DNA of 27,728 nt from a virus (IMGVR_UViG_3300020045_006258:1-27728); one strand, 5' to 3'. Positions 1 to 8,577 are shown, counted from the stretch's first letter. Notes: a model not told the origin generated them from the sequence alone. Numbers and translations are program-made.

Positions 1-67
1 TTGGATGTGCGCCGCCGGTTGCCTTCAACGGGACAAACAATGTGTCCTCAGACGAAACCGCCCCGGC

Positions 68-175
68 CCTGCGCCCCTTGCCACGCGGGATCATGGCGCG
101 CAGCTTCATCCGCCGTTTCAGCGCCTCATAGTCGAGCGGAGCGGGCGGCGCATCATCAATGCTTAGGATGTCGTC
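68..175. repeat. 108-bp perfect inverted repeat of 4663-4770; 1-67 continues as a diverged homolog of 4771-4837
   Basis: 68-175 is the exact reverse complement of 4663-4770. Read on the minus strand, 1-67 encodes AGAVSSEDTLFVPLKATGG versus SGAVAPDDTLFVQFKAPDG in ORF 4654-4905. Confidence 0.92.
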
Positions 176-620
176 GGGCGGGACGGGTGGGACAGATGCG
201 GTTACGGCTCGCACGGCGCTTGGGGTGGCATCGTCCGGAGCGAATGGCGACATCACCGCACTGACCGGGGTGACGGGGGCTTTCGGCTATGGGTCGGGTG
301 CTGGTGGGGCTGTCGCGCAGTTGACGGACAAGGGCACCGCTGTTGCGATAAACTCCCGATGCGGGCGCATTACGCTATTCGGGTCCGCGCTTGGGGCAAA
401 TTCAGCAACGGCTTTCACGGTTGCCAATACGTCCGTTTCGTCAACCGATGTTGTTATCGTGCATGTCCAGTCCGGCGCTTCATCCCCCGGCGCTTATCGC
501 GTTGAGTGCTGCAACGTGGCGAACGGTTCGTTTGATGTCGTGATCCAGAACATGACGGGCGGCTCGCTGGCCGATGCTGTCATTTTGAACTATGCAGTCA
601 TAAAGGCGTATGCGTCATGA
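159..620 (+). CDS. Phage tail fibre-like protein, probably an N-terminally truncated fragment
   Basis: GGTGGTDAVTARTALG tail-fibre motif and G/A/T/S-rich beta-strand C-terminus. The start codon lies inside the inverted repeat. The stop overlaps the next start (ATGA). Confidence 0.65.
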   Translation: MLRMSSGGTGGTDAVTARTALGVASSGANGDITALTGVTGAFGYGSGAGGAVAQLTDKGTAVAINSRCGRITLFGSALGANSATAFTVANTSVSSTDVVIVHVQSGASSPGAYRVECCNVANGSFDVVIQNMTGGSLADAVILNYAVIKAYAS

Positions 621-2215
621 CCACAACCATTGTCACGCGGGCCGCAAAGGGTGCGCCCCTCACTTATACTGAGTTGGACGCCAATTTTACGAACCTGAAA
701 TCGACGGCAGACGCGGCCTTTGACGCGACGATTGCGCTGGGCGGCAAGGCCAATGCGTCGGCGCTGGGCGTGGCCGACAGCGCAACGAACATGGGGACAT
801 TTACAGGATCCACCATCCCCGACAACCAGACCGCAAAGCAGAATTTGCAGGCGCTGGAAACGTCGCTGGAAACCAAGCTGCCCATTTCCTCCCCGACCTA
901 TACGGGGATCGCCCGGAATAATGCAGCATCGTGGCCTGACCCGAAGAATAGTGCCACGACAACCGCAACGCATACCACCGGCAGCGCGACAATCACGGTT
1001 GCGGACGGGTCGCAAGTGGTCAATGGCGATGGCGTCTATGCCTCGTTCGTTGCAGAGCCGGTCTATGTGGTGTCGGGCGGGGGCACGAATACACTGGTCA
1101 TGTCCCGCGAGGCCGCATCGTCTGGTAGCGGCGCTTCCGTCCGTTTCGGCACAGACCGTTGGGATTTGAACTCCACGACCGTAGGCGACACGGCTGGCTA
1201 TCGGCGCATGTATATCGGGCAGGCAGCCAAGGGCCGGTCCACGATGCAGCCTATCGTCAACGGGCAGGGGCTGGACTACCCGGACGTGACCGCCTTTTCG
1301 TGCGAGAACGAGTTGGGCGGCGTGTCCGGCTGGTTCGGCTCGCGCATGTCGAAGGAGAATACGGGCCTTGCAGCGCTTATCACGCTGGGCACCTATTGCC
1401 TGATCGATGAGGATCCGGTTTCGCGGCATTGCTGGAACGGCTACGATCAATCGAACCTGTTGGCGGGCACGGAACCAAGCGGTTCGGCGCAGTTCATCCA
1501 GCGCGAATGTTCGCTTGAAAGCTACTGGCCGACTGTGTTGACGGACCCGTTTTATTACAACGAGCCGGGGTCCACGCGCATTTTCCGGCTTGACGCTGGT
1601 ATCGGCACCTATGCAGAGCGCGGCGAGCCGTTCCCCAATGACATTTCGCACTATATCGACTTTGTGGCGAACGGGGCAACGGCGAAGAAGGGCATCATTT
1701 TCGGATATGATAGCCTTGACGTAGGCGGGGGCACGATCAAGCCCGCTGCCATCGCGCTAACGGGTGCCGGTTGGGGCCATGCGGTATCGTGGTATTCCGG
1801 GCTGGAAACAGAGGCGTGGAAAATCTTTTCGACCGCGACGGTTGGCAATGCCTATTTCTGGCACTCGAACGGCGTTGTAACGTCTGGAGAAGCAGACTTG
1901 GCGGTAACCAAGGCTCCCGGATTTGAGCGGGCTTTGCGGCTCCTGTCGAACAACGACAACCGCTGGAAAGTGGCGGCTACGGCATCCGCTGAAACGGGCA
2001 TCAATGTCGGCTCGGACTTCTCCATCGCACGATTTAATGACGCTGGCGTGTTCATCGCGTCGTCGCTCGATATTCGCCGCGCAAATGGCCGTGTTTCAAT
2101 GAAGGACGTTGCGGCTTTGGACAAATTCGCCGATAATGCGGCTGCGTTGTCTGGTGGCTTGGTAGCTGGCGACCTATACGCAACCACCGCAGGCGATTTA
2201 AGGATTGTTGTATGA
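617..2215 (+). CDS. Tail fibre / receptor-binding protein (532 aa)
   Basis: N-terminus TRAAKGAPLTYTELDANFTNL is typical of phage fibre anchors; C-terminal AAALSGGLVAGDLY motif; lies upstream of the lysis genes. Confidence 0.75.
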   Translation: MTTTIVTRAAKGAPLTYTELDANFTNLKSTADAAFDATIALGGKANASALGVADSATNMGTFTGSTIPDNQTAKQNLQALETSLETKLPISSPTYTGIARNNAASWPDPKNSATTTATHTTGSATITVADGSQVVNGDGVYASFVAEPVYVVSGGGTNTLVMSREAASSGSGASVRFGTDRWDLNSTTVGDTAGYRRMYIGQAAKGRSTMQPIVNGQGLDYPDVTAFSCENELGGVSGWFGSRMSKENTGLAALITLGTYCLIDEDPVSRHCWNGYDQSNLLAGTEPSGSAQFIQRECSLESYWPTVLTDPFYYNEPGSTRIFRLDAGIGTYAERGEPFPNDISHYIDFVANGATAKKGIIFGYDSLDVGGGTIKPAAIALTGAGWGHAVSWYSGLETEAWKIFSTATVGNAYFWHSNGVVTSGEADLAVTKAPGFERALRLLSNNDNRWKVAATASAETGINVGSDFSIARFNDAGVFIASSLDIRRANGRVSMKDVAALDKFADNAAALSGGLVAGDLYATTAGDLRIVV

Positions 2216-2391
2216 CGCTAGACAAGCCAGATGACAGGGCAATGCTTTTGCACATTGTCCAGAACAGCACGATACCGGGGAACATGATTTTGGCCGCTGC
2301 TGATCTTGTGACCCGCATCCAGTCCGCAAAGGTCGCGGGCGCTACCGACGCGCAGACGGCGGCAGATAGCTACTATGGAGACGCAAAATGA
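2212..2391 (+). CDS. Small hypothetical protein (59 aa, MTLDKPDDRAMLLHIVQ...)
   Basis: Not in the ORF track. ATGA-coupled to the upstream fibre gene and to the next ORF. Confidence 0.6.
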   Translation: MTLDKPDDRAMLLHIVQNSTIPGNMILAAADLVTRIQSAKVAGATDAQTAADSYYGDAK

Positions 2392-2474
2392 CCATGATCC
2401 GAAGTGGCGGGACGACGCCGCCACCCAAGCCAACGCCGACAAACCGGCCAAAGCCTAAGCCGTCGAAGCGTTAA
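2388..2474 (+). CDS. 28-aa Pro/Lys-rich peptide MTMIRSGGTTPPPKPTPTNRPKPKPSKR
   Basis: GGAG RBS at 2377-2380, ATGA overlap, fills the gap to the next gene. Confidence 0.4.
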   Translation: MTMIRSGGTTPPPKPTPTNRPKPKPSKR

Positions 2475-2476
2475 TC

Positions 2477-2836
2477 GTGGAAAGCATTTCTATCGAGGCA
2501 GCAAAGGGGTGGGGTGGATGGTCGCTTTTCTTCCTTATGCTGATATGGTGGATTAGGGGCATCCCTGATCGTCGCCGCGCGGATAGTGATGCCGTTTCCG
2601 CCTTGCACAAAGATTATGGCGACCATATCGACCGTCTCCAATCGGAGAATATCGGCCTGCGCGACCGTCTGGCGAACCTTGAAACAGATTACGAGGTCCA
2701 CCGGAAGGAGTGCAGGCAGGAGACGGATGCCCTACACGCGGAAATGCGCAAGCTGACCGCCCAAGTCATCGGCCTGCAACGCGACATCGCGCAGCATAGC
2801 AATTCAACCGCAATGATACTCAAAAGCGATGATTGA
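2477..2836 (+). CDS. Membrane protein with N-terminal TM helix and coiled coil (holin/antiholin-like)
   Basis: Hydrophobic GWSLFFLMLIWWI followed by a heptad-rich region; sits in the lysis cassette. Confidence 0.6.
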   Translation: MESISIEAAKGWGGWSLFFLMLIWWIRGIPDRRRADSDAVSALHKDYGDHIDRLQSENIGLRDRLANLETDYEVHRKECRQETDALHAEMRKLTAQVIGLQRDIAQHSNSTAMILKSDD

Positions 2837-3305
2837 GTATGCCATCCCCCTCTTTATCGTGCTGTGCATCGTGGCCAGCAATCGGGAGGCGCTGCTTTCC
2901 GGTCTAGTGGTGGTGGCCAACTTTTGCGTCAATGAGACCTATGTCAGGGCTACCGGCCATCATGACGCATGGCTCTTTTTCACGTTGACGGATGGCTTGA
3001 GCGCGGCGGCTTTAGTGGCCCCATGGCGTCGCCTGCCCGATTTTGGCCGTGTCGGCGCGGCTGTCGGCGCGATCTACCTGACCCAGGTTCTGATCCATTG
3101 GGCGCATTGGCTTGCCGGTGCATCGGCTCCCTACACCTATTGGAAGACGCTTACCGCCATGGCGTTTGTCCAGCTTATCATTTTGACAGTTGGGGGCGTT
3201 AATGGAATGGGCCGTCCTATTCGTTGGTTGCGCCGCCTATGGCCTGTATTTCCACTTTCTGATACCTTGGCTCGTGGACAAGCTGAACAAGGAGAAAAGC
3301 CGTGA
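2829..3305 (+). CDS. Multi-pass membrane protein of the lysis region
   Basis: About 4-5 hydrophobic segments; overlaps the upstream gene and precedes the endolysin. Confidence 0.6.
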   Translation: MIEYAIPLFIVLCIVASNREALLSGLVVVANFCVNETYVRATGHHDAWLFFTLTDGLSAAALVAPWRRLPDFGRVGAAVGAIYLTQVLIHWAHWLAGASAPYTYWKTLTAMAFVQLIILTVGGVNGMGRPIRWLRRLWPVFPLSDTLARGQAEQGEKP

Positions 3306-3348
3306 TTGAAGGCTTTGGCGGACATATCGACGGATGGGGTGGATTGGG

Positions 3349-3915
3349 ATGAGAACCGCAATCTTTGACGCCATCAAGGCCGCGCGCGGCGGGCCATCCT
3401 ACACGCAGGCAGAGGTCGCGCGGATTGACGCGCTGCTGGACAGTTTGAGCGTGCCGGGAGACATGGGCAGGATGATCGGGAAAGCTGGCCTTGACCTTAT
3501 CAAGTCGTTTGAGGGGTTGGAACTCAAAGCCTATCCCGATCCCGCGACCGGTGGCGATCCATGGACAATCGGCTATGGCCACACCGGGCCGGAAGTGAAG
3601 CCGGGCTTGGTATGGACGCAAGCGCAGGCGAATAATGCGATTGCCGACGATGTAGCGCGCTTTTCCGATGGCGTGTCTAAGCTGATTGGCGCGGCACCGA
3701 CGACACCCGGTCAATTCGACGCAATGGTTTCGCTGGCCTACAATATCGGGCTGGGCAACTTCAAGGAAAGCACGCTGCTGCGCCTCCATAAAGAGGGCGA
3801 TCATGCTGGCGCGCAGGGGCAATTCATCCGCTGGAACAAGGCGGCTGGCAAGGTGATAGCGGGCTTGACGCGCAGGCGTGAAGCGGAAGCCAAGCTATAT
3901 GGAAGCGGCGCATGA
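3349..3915 (+). CDS. Endolysin, GH24 lysozyme
   Basis: IKSFEGLELKAYPDPATGGDPWTIGYGHT catalytic E/D/T motif, FDAMVSLAYNIG and GLTRRREAE; start taken at ATG 3349. Confidence 0.95.
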   Translation: MRTAIFDAIKAARGGPSYTQAEVARIDALLDSLSVPGDMGRMIGKAGLDLIKSFEGLELKAYPDPATGGDPWTIGYGHTGPEVKPGLVWTQAQANNAIADDVARFSDGVSKLIGAAPTTPGQFDAMVSLAYNIGLGNFKESTLLRLHKEGDHAGAQGQFIRWNKAAGKVIAGLTRRREAEAKLYGSGA

Positions 3916-4160
3916 CCATCCTAAACGCACTCAAGGGCGCAGGCGGCGATTTTGAGGTCCAGCGCGTCCTTGGCGCGTTTGGCACCATCGTTTACATCAT
4001 CACCGCGCCTGCCTTGGTATGGGCGCGTATCGTTCAGGTGTCGTTTGAGGGCTTCTGTCTTGCCTACCCGGCTGGCCTTGCGGCTTGCGTCGGCGCGACG
4101 GCGGGGGCAATCGCGCTCAAGGACCGGCAATTGGCCAAAGCTAAGGCGGAAGGGCTATGA
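3912..4160 (+). CDS. Putative holin (2 TM helices, basic C-tail)
   Basis: Two hydrophobic segments and KDRQLAKAK tail; lies between endolysin and Rz. Confidence 0.55.
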   Translation: MTILNALKGAGGDFEVQRVLGAFGTIVYIITAPALVWARIVQVSFEGFCLAYPAGLAACVGATAGAIALKDRQLAKAKAEGL

Positions 4161-4657
4161 ACCTTATCCCGTTCCTCCTTGCCAGCCTGAAACGCTACTG
4201 GCCCGCAATCCCCATCATCCTTGCCATTGCGCTGTTCTGGCGCGTGGACAGCCTGCGCGCGGGGCATAAGGCTGATCTTGCGGCGGAGCAGGCAGCGCGT
4301 GCCGTGGGTCGTGCATCCTATGAGCGCGCACAAATCGAAGCCGCTAACATGGCGCTAACCCAGCGTGCGCAGGACGAAGCGGAATATCAGGAGAAGGCCC
4401 ATGACGCTGACAAGGAAATTGCAGCTTTGCGCGATGATGCTCGCGCTCGCCTCCTGCGGGCCAAGGCCGCTAATCGTTCATCCTGCCCAGCCATTGCCCA
4501 AGCCGAAAGTAACGGTGCCGGAATTTCTGAAATCCTGCCCGAAGCTGCCACCGGAACTGATGGATATGTGCAAGTAGAGGCGGACACGTTGGCAGAACTC
4601 GCCGCCTATGCTATAGCTGCGCGAACTTGGGCGCTGTCGCTGGGGGACGAGAAATGA
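4157..4657 (+). CDS. Rz-like inner-membrane spanin
   Basis: N-terminal TM (WPAIPIILAIALFW), Ala-rich helical periplasmic domain, embedded lipoprotein gene. Confidence 0.8.
   Translation: MNLIPFLLASLKRYWPAIPIILAIALFWRVDSLRAGHKADLAAEQAARAVGRASYERAQIEAANMALTQRAQDEAEYQEKAHDADKEIAALRDDARARLLRAKAANRSSCPAIAQAESNGAGISEILPEAATGTDGYVQVEADTLAELAAYAIAARTWALSLGDEK
4401..4577 (+). CDS. Rz1-like outer-membrane lipoprotein (o-spanin) embedded in Rz
   Basis: +1 frame inside Rz; MTLTRKLQLCAMMLALASC lipobox; Pro-rich mature part. Confidence 0.75.
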   Translation: MTLTRKLQLCAMMLALASCGPRPLIVHPAQPLPKPKVTVPEFLKSCPKLPPELMDMCK

Positions 4658-4905
4658 CGTTGGACGACATCCTAAGCATTGATGATGCGCCGCCCGCTCC
4701 GCTCGACTATGAGGCGCTGAAACGGCGGATGAAGCTGCGCGCCATGATCCCGCGTGGCAAGGGGCGCAGGTCGGGGGCTGTTGCTCCTGATGACACATTG
4801 TTCGTCCAATTCAAGGCACCGGACGGCCCATATCTCAACATTTTGTTTAAGTCGCCAGACGGCCAATATCAGGCAATAGCTTTCGGAGCATCAAGCAATG
4901 GGTAA
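4654..4905 (+). CDS. Hypothetical protein (83 aa) coupled to the downstream tailspike-like gene
   Basis: ATGA overlap with the Rz stop and overlap with the 4898 start; a diverged homologous copy lies at 1-175. Confidence 0.7.
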   Translation: MTLDDILSIDDAPPAPLDYEALKRRMKLRAMIPRGKGRRSGAVAPDDTLFVQFKAPDGPYLNILFKSPDGQYQAIAFGASSNG

Positions 4906-7060
4906 ATTCTCGAACGGCGTCACCATTCCCGATGGCACGATCACTAAACTGTTTGGCGCAAACTCTGCGGACGAGGGGGTTGTGCAGTCGGTTGACGGAG
5001 TTTTGGGCAATCTGAGCCGACGCTTTTATGTGTCCGCACCCACTGATGCAGCGATCCGCGCCACGATCACCAAAGCCCTAAGTTTGGGCGGCGGGATCAT
5101 CATGCTTCCAGCGGGCAACATCACGCTGACCGCACCTCTGCCTGCCAATTCTCTTTTGGCATATGAGGGACTGCGGCCCGACATGACCTATGGCGTCATC
5201 GCTGATAACCCGTGGACATTTTCGACCGATAACGTCGGGACTGTCTTGGTGGGCGATGGGACTTTCCCGGCGATTGCTGGAAATAATGTCGCGGCAGCAG
5301 ACTATCCTACTGACGGCACCACGGCTGAAACGCAGGCAATGGGATTGGCATTCGGCAATGCGGCGCTCAAGGGTTTTTCCGTTTACAATATCGGCTTCGA
5401 CACCTTTAGCCGCGCCCTTGATCTAGGTGCAAAAAACGTCGCGGGCGTAATGTATGGCTCGATCACAGATATTTTTGTCCGCAATTGTAGCGATTGGGGC
5501 GTCAATCTGGTCAACACATTCCATACCGAAGTCAATAATATCTGGATTTGCTGCGATAAAGCCACTGGGATTGGCCACGGTTTTCGCATGGCGATTGACC
5601 TTTGGCCGGGGATATTGATTCCTGGCAATCTACCTGTCGGAAATATCTACGTTTACCAAGGAAACCTTACCAAGCGCGGCATCGTCTTTGAGGCTGTGGG
5701 CCAATCAAAGATGAATCAGGTTACGACAGTCGGTCGTCTCCAATGCAATCGATTTGGCGGCGATTCAATTTCTATCGCCGCCACGATGACAAACGCATCG
5801 ACGGCGGTTGGCGTGGGGGATACATCCAAGTTTCCACCCGGTATGCCGGTGACTTTTTCGGCTACTGCGAACGGCTTTACCGCTGGCCGCATCTATATCG
5901 TTCGCTCACGCAGCGTCAGTACCGGATCGGGAACGATTACTCTATCTGATCGCATTGAACCGCTTTATATCAGTGGCGTCGTATCTAGCGGCGCGGAGAT
6001 AGCTGCAACTGGCGCTACCGCTGTCAACATTCAGACGAACGGCTTTCCTAATCTCGAAATCATCGCGGGAGGCGGTTCGGCTGCGGTAGGCTCTGGCTTG
6101 GTTGTCCATTCCAAGTTCACCCACCTCGATCTTGAAGGAAATGCGACAACATCATTGTACATAGAAAACCTGAGCAATAGCGTAGTTGAGCTGATCGAAA
6201 CGACCGGGGCCTCGCTCTGCGGCGTGGCGGTGCGCAAAGCTTCTTATTGCCACCTTAGCGCAACCAAAGAAGCGATCACCGATATCGCATCTGATAGCGC
6301 GACGCTTATGGTCCACGGAGCCATTAAAACAGCCCGAAACTATCGCGGCGTTGGCGTCCAGTATGACTGGACTGATGATCGTAGCTATCTTCACCTGGTC
6401 AGCGCGGACGGCGTACCTAACATAGCAGCGCTGTTCCTGCCAGGCGGGTCCTTAATTCAGTTCAATAAAGCCGTAACCAAAAGAGTCGCTGGGGCGGTCG
6501 CTGGCACTATTACGCTTGACGCTGGGCGCGCGGGCGTGTTGCCGATCAATAGTGGAACCAGCATTTTTACTCTGCCTACCATTACCAACGTCTCCAATAA
6601 AACTAGTATGATAGGTCTTGGGTTTGAACTTGTCTCTCTCGGCAGTGCTGTGACCATCAACACGGATGGAGTACAGACTTTTAATGGCATCAGCGGAAAG
6701 ACCTCTATTGTCATTCCTGCGGGCGGTTCGGTTCAGCTTTGTGCAATAAATAGCGGTTCTAGTTATTATTGGGCAATTCTTGGCGGCCTTGGCGTCGATA
6801 CTGTTCGGTCCGCTCAGACCTATGATCCGGCGTCTATTGCTGTCGGCGGGCATAGTCTGCAAACCTACACGGTGGCAGGTGCTCAACTAGGCGATGCGGT
6901 TGAGGTAGCGGTGTCAGTCGATCAGCAAGGGCTGATATTGAATGCGTATGTAAGCGCGACTAACACAGTCGCTGTTGATTATGCTAACCCGCCGTGGGCA
7001 GCGGGCGCAATTGATCTTGCATCGCACAGCTTGTATATCACGGTGCGCCGCCGCTTGTGA
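4898..7060 (+). CDS. Tailspike / beta-helix depolymerase-like protein (720 aa)
   Basis: DAAIRATITKALSLGGGIIMLPAG pectate-lyase-3-like entry motif; G/N/T/S/V-rich beta-helix composition; more A/T-ending codons than the neighbours. Confidence 0.65.
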   Translation: MGKFSNGVTIPDGTITKLFGANSADEGVVQSVDGVLGNLSRRFYVSAPTDAAIRATITKALSLGGGIIMLPAGNITLTAPLPANSLLAYEGLRPDMTYGVIADNPWTFSTDNVGTVLVGDGTFPAIAGNNVAAADYPTDGTTAETQAMGLAFGNAALKGFSVYNIGFDTFSRALDLGAKNVAGVMYGSITDIFVRNCSDWGVNLVNTFHTEVNNIWICCDKATGIGHGFRMAIDLWPGILIPGNLPVGNIYVYQGNLTKRGIVFEAVGQSKMNQVTTVGRLQCNRFGGDSISIAATMTNASTAVGVGDTSKFPPGMPVTFSATANGFTAGRIYIVRSRSVSTGSGTITLSDRIEPLYISGVVSSGAEIAATGATAVNIQTNGFPNLEIIAGGGSAAVGSGLVVHSKFTHLDLEGNATTSLYIENLSNSVVELIETTGASLCGVAVRKASYCHLSATKEAITDIASDSATLMVHGAIKTARNYRGVGVQYDWTDDRSYLHLVSADGVPNIAALFLPGGSLIQFNKAVTKRVAGAVAGTITLDAGRAGVLPINSGTSIFTLPTITNVSNKTSMIGLGFELVSLGSAVTINTDGVQTFNGISGKTSIVIPAGGSVQLCAINSGSSYYWAILGGLGVDTVRSAQTYDPASIAVGGHSLQTYTVAGAQLGDAVEVAVSVDQQGLILNAYVSATNTVAVDYANPPWAAGAIDLASHSLYITVRRRL

Positions 7061-7068
7061 CCCCTGAA

Positions 7069-7365
7069 TTAAACCCCCATCATATCATACCACCTCGGAT
7101 AAACCTCACCATCCACCCATAGCGGCCGCAGCGGCGTGGAATGGCTGGCGCTGTAGTGAAAGCGGTTCCAGCCTTTGCATCCGGGGGTGAGGCGACAGGG
7201 GCAGCGGCGGTTCACAAGGCTATAATCGCGCGACTTGGCCGCGATCAGCTTGGCCAGATCAACGGCCTGGTGGACCCCGCATTTCGTGCAGGCCGCTTTA
7301 ACGTTGGCGTTGCTGTCGAGCATCGCGCCGATGGTTTGCGCAAAGGTGGGGATGATCGCGGCCAT
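7069..7365 (-). CDS. Small Cys-rich (Zn-ribbon) protein, leaderless and SOS-box controlled
   Basis: CTKC...CPC...C motif; ATG at 7365 lies 2 nt after a GTTC-N7-GTTC box. Confidence 0.7.
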   Translation of the reverse strand: MAAIIPTFAQTIGAMLDSNANVKAACTKCGVHQAVDLAKLIAAKSRDYSLVNRRCPCRLTPGCKGWNRFHYSASHSTPLRPLWVDGEVYPRWYDMMGV

Positions 7366-7367
7366 GG

Positions 7368-7382
7368 GAACAGGTGGAGAAC
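7368..7382 (-). promoter_or_regulatory. Alphaproteobacterial LexA (SOS) box GTTC-N7-GTTC
   Basis: Plus strand reads GAAC-AGGTGGA-GAAC; a -35-like TTGCAG lies at 7401-7396 on the minus strand. Confidence 0.75.
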
Positions 7383-7405
7383 ATTGGGGGTGATTCTGCA
7401 AGCCC

Positions 7406-7555
7406 TCAGAAATCCAAATGCCTGCGCTCGCACTCGCCCAGCGCAATCTCCTCCCGCCGCGTGGGCCGCTCCGGGTCCGGCGCGTCCATCCAGATCGCCA
7501 GCACCTGCGCGTCGGTGAGGGTGGATAGTTCTGCTTCGATTTCGTCGTCTGTCAT
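7406..7555 (-). CDS. Small acidic hypothetical protein (MTDDEIEAEL...)
   Basis: AAGGA RBS and ATGA coupling with the upstream gene. Confidence 0.55.
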   Translation of the reverse strand: MTDDEIEAELSTLTDAQVLAIWMDAPDPERPTRREEIALGECERRHLDF

Positions 7556-7749
7556 GATGCGTCCTTGGTTGGCGATGCCGAAAGTCCGCCCTTGATCGCG
7601 CGGATGAAGAATGTGCGTCCATTCGGGATGCGAAAATGCCAACCCCACCCTATCCGCTCTGGGTGCCTAGCGAATGTTGGCCGGATATCCATTACCAGCT
7701 TCAAAAGAGCCTCAGCCTCATCTGGTTCGCACGTCAGGATCAGACGCAT
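7552..7749 (-). CDS. Hypothetical phage protein (MRLILTCEP...)
   Basis: GGAGGGG RBS; coupled to flanking genes. Confidence 0.6.
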   Translation of the reverse strand: MRLILTCEPDEAEALLKLVMDIRPTFARHPERIGWGWHFRIPNGRTFFIRAIKGGLSASPTKDAS

Positions 7750-8186
7750 CACTCCCCTCCCATGCTGGCGCGAGCGCGGAGGGAGGCGGCAAGAAATGCC
7801 AGCACTGGGTTGCATCCGGCGTGTTCGCCATAGCCGGTCCACGATGTCTGCTGGTCGCGGTTGATTCCGACCTCTGCACGGGCAATGCAGTAGAGGGTCG
7901 AAATGGACCACTCGTCGCCTTTATAGACCAGGGACAGGACTGCATCCATGGATGCAGTGTAGCGGGGGATTTTGTCATCAAGACGCTGCCCGCTTTTGCT
8001 CTTATTGCCCCAACTATCCGCGCCGCAATCGTCGCAGATATAGCCGCTATCACCCTGACAGCGCTCGAATGAAGTCTTGTGATGGGCGCATAGGCCTAGC
8101 AGCGCGCCGACCAAGTCATCCACCTCCCTATCCGCCCCATCCAAAGCCTCGACCCGCGCCGCCAGCGCCAGCATGTCATCGTTCAC
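7749..8186 (-). CDS. Hypothetical phage early protein (LAARVEALDGADREVD...PRYTAS.DA family)
   Basis: GGAGG RBS with GTG start; motif seen in alphaproteobacterial phage proteins; coupled operon. Confidence 0.7.
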   Translation of the reverse strand: MNDDMLALAARVEALDGADREVDDLVGALLGLCAHHKTSFERCQGDSGYICDDCGADSWGNKSKSGQRLDDKIPRYTASMDAVLSLVYKGDEWSISTLYCIARAEVGINRDQQTSWTGYGEHAGCNPVLAFLAASLRARASMGGE

Positions 8187-8425
8187 AGCCCCACCTCCGC
8201 CGCTTGCGTTTTGCTGGCGGGGGTGTGTTCGCCGCACCAGTCTGTCGCGTTGACATGAGGCCAGACCGACGACGATAGCTTGCTGTCAGATGGCATCCGC
8301 GCGGGCGCGTACCGACGACATTCGGCGTGGCTAACGATGAACGATTTCTTGCCATCGTAGTCCTGCCAATTTGCTTTCTTCGCCCTGTTCCAAAACCGGC
8401 ACGTCTGGCATGTCGCTTGGGTCAT
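8183..8425 (-). CDS. Small Cys-rich protein (CxxCxxW...C...DWCGEH)
   Basis: AGGAGA RBS; four-Cys pattern; paralog at 10617-10769. Confidence 0.7.
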   Translation of the reverse strand: MTQATCQTCRFWNRAKKANWQDYDGKKSFIVSHAECRRYAPARMPSDSKLSSSVWPHVNATDWCGEHTPASKTQAAEVGL

Positions 8426-8482
8426 ACTGCTTCTCCTGCCGGGCAGCGTTGACGCGCTGTTTCCGGCCCGATTTGGTTAGCG

Positions 8483-8497
8483 GAACACCCAGCGAAC
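8483..8497 (-). promoter_or_regulatory. Second LexA (SOS) box GTTC-N7-GTTC upstream of the 8425-7406 operon
   Basis: Plus strand reads GAAC-ACCCAGC-GAAC; intergenic, about 58 nt upstream of ATG 8425. Confidence 0.6.
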
Positions 8498-8500
8498 AAA

Positions 8501-8522
8501 GTTCGGGAATATTCCGGGACTC
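8501..8522 (+). repeat. Integrase arm-type site (left arm of attP)
   Basis: GTTCGGGAATATTCCGGGACTC is 21/22 identical to 8719-8740; the two copies flank the tRNA fragment. Confidence 0.75.
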
Positions 8523-8577
8523 TCGTTGCAGATTCATGCCTTGTTCTGCCACCACCTGCCGCCAAAGCAGTTTTCAC

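Noticed and set aside
1-264. 87-aa ORF at the window start and its twin 4478-4798(-)
   Set aside because: Antisense readings of the repeated small gene
590-1651. Long antisense ORFs (also 16448-17485, 25267-26172, 26610-27353)
   Set aside because: Shadow frames of GC-rich genes with clear motifs on the other strand
8493-8505. CGAAC-AAA-GTTCG as a Gram-positive SOS box
   Set aside because: Spacer is 3 rather than 4 nt and the host looks alphaproteobacterial; it arises from the adjacent GAAC-N7-GAAC box and arm site
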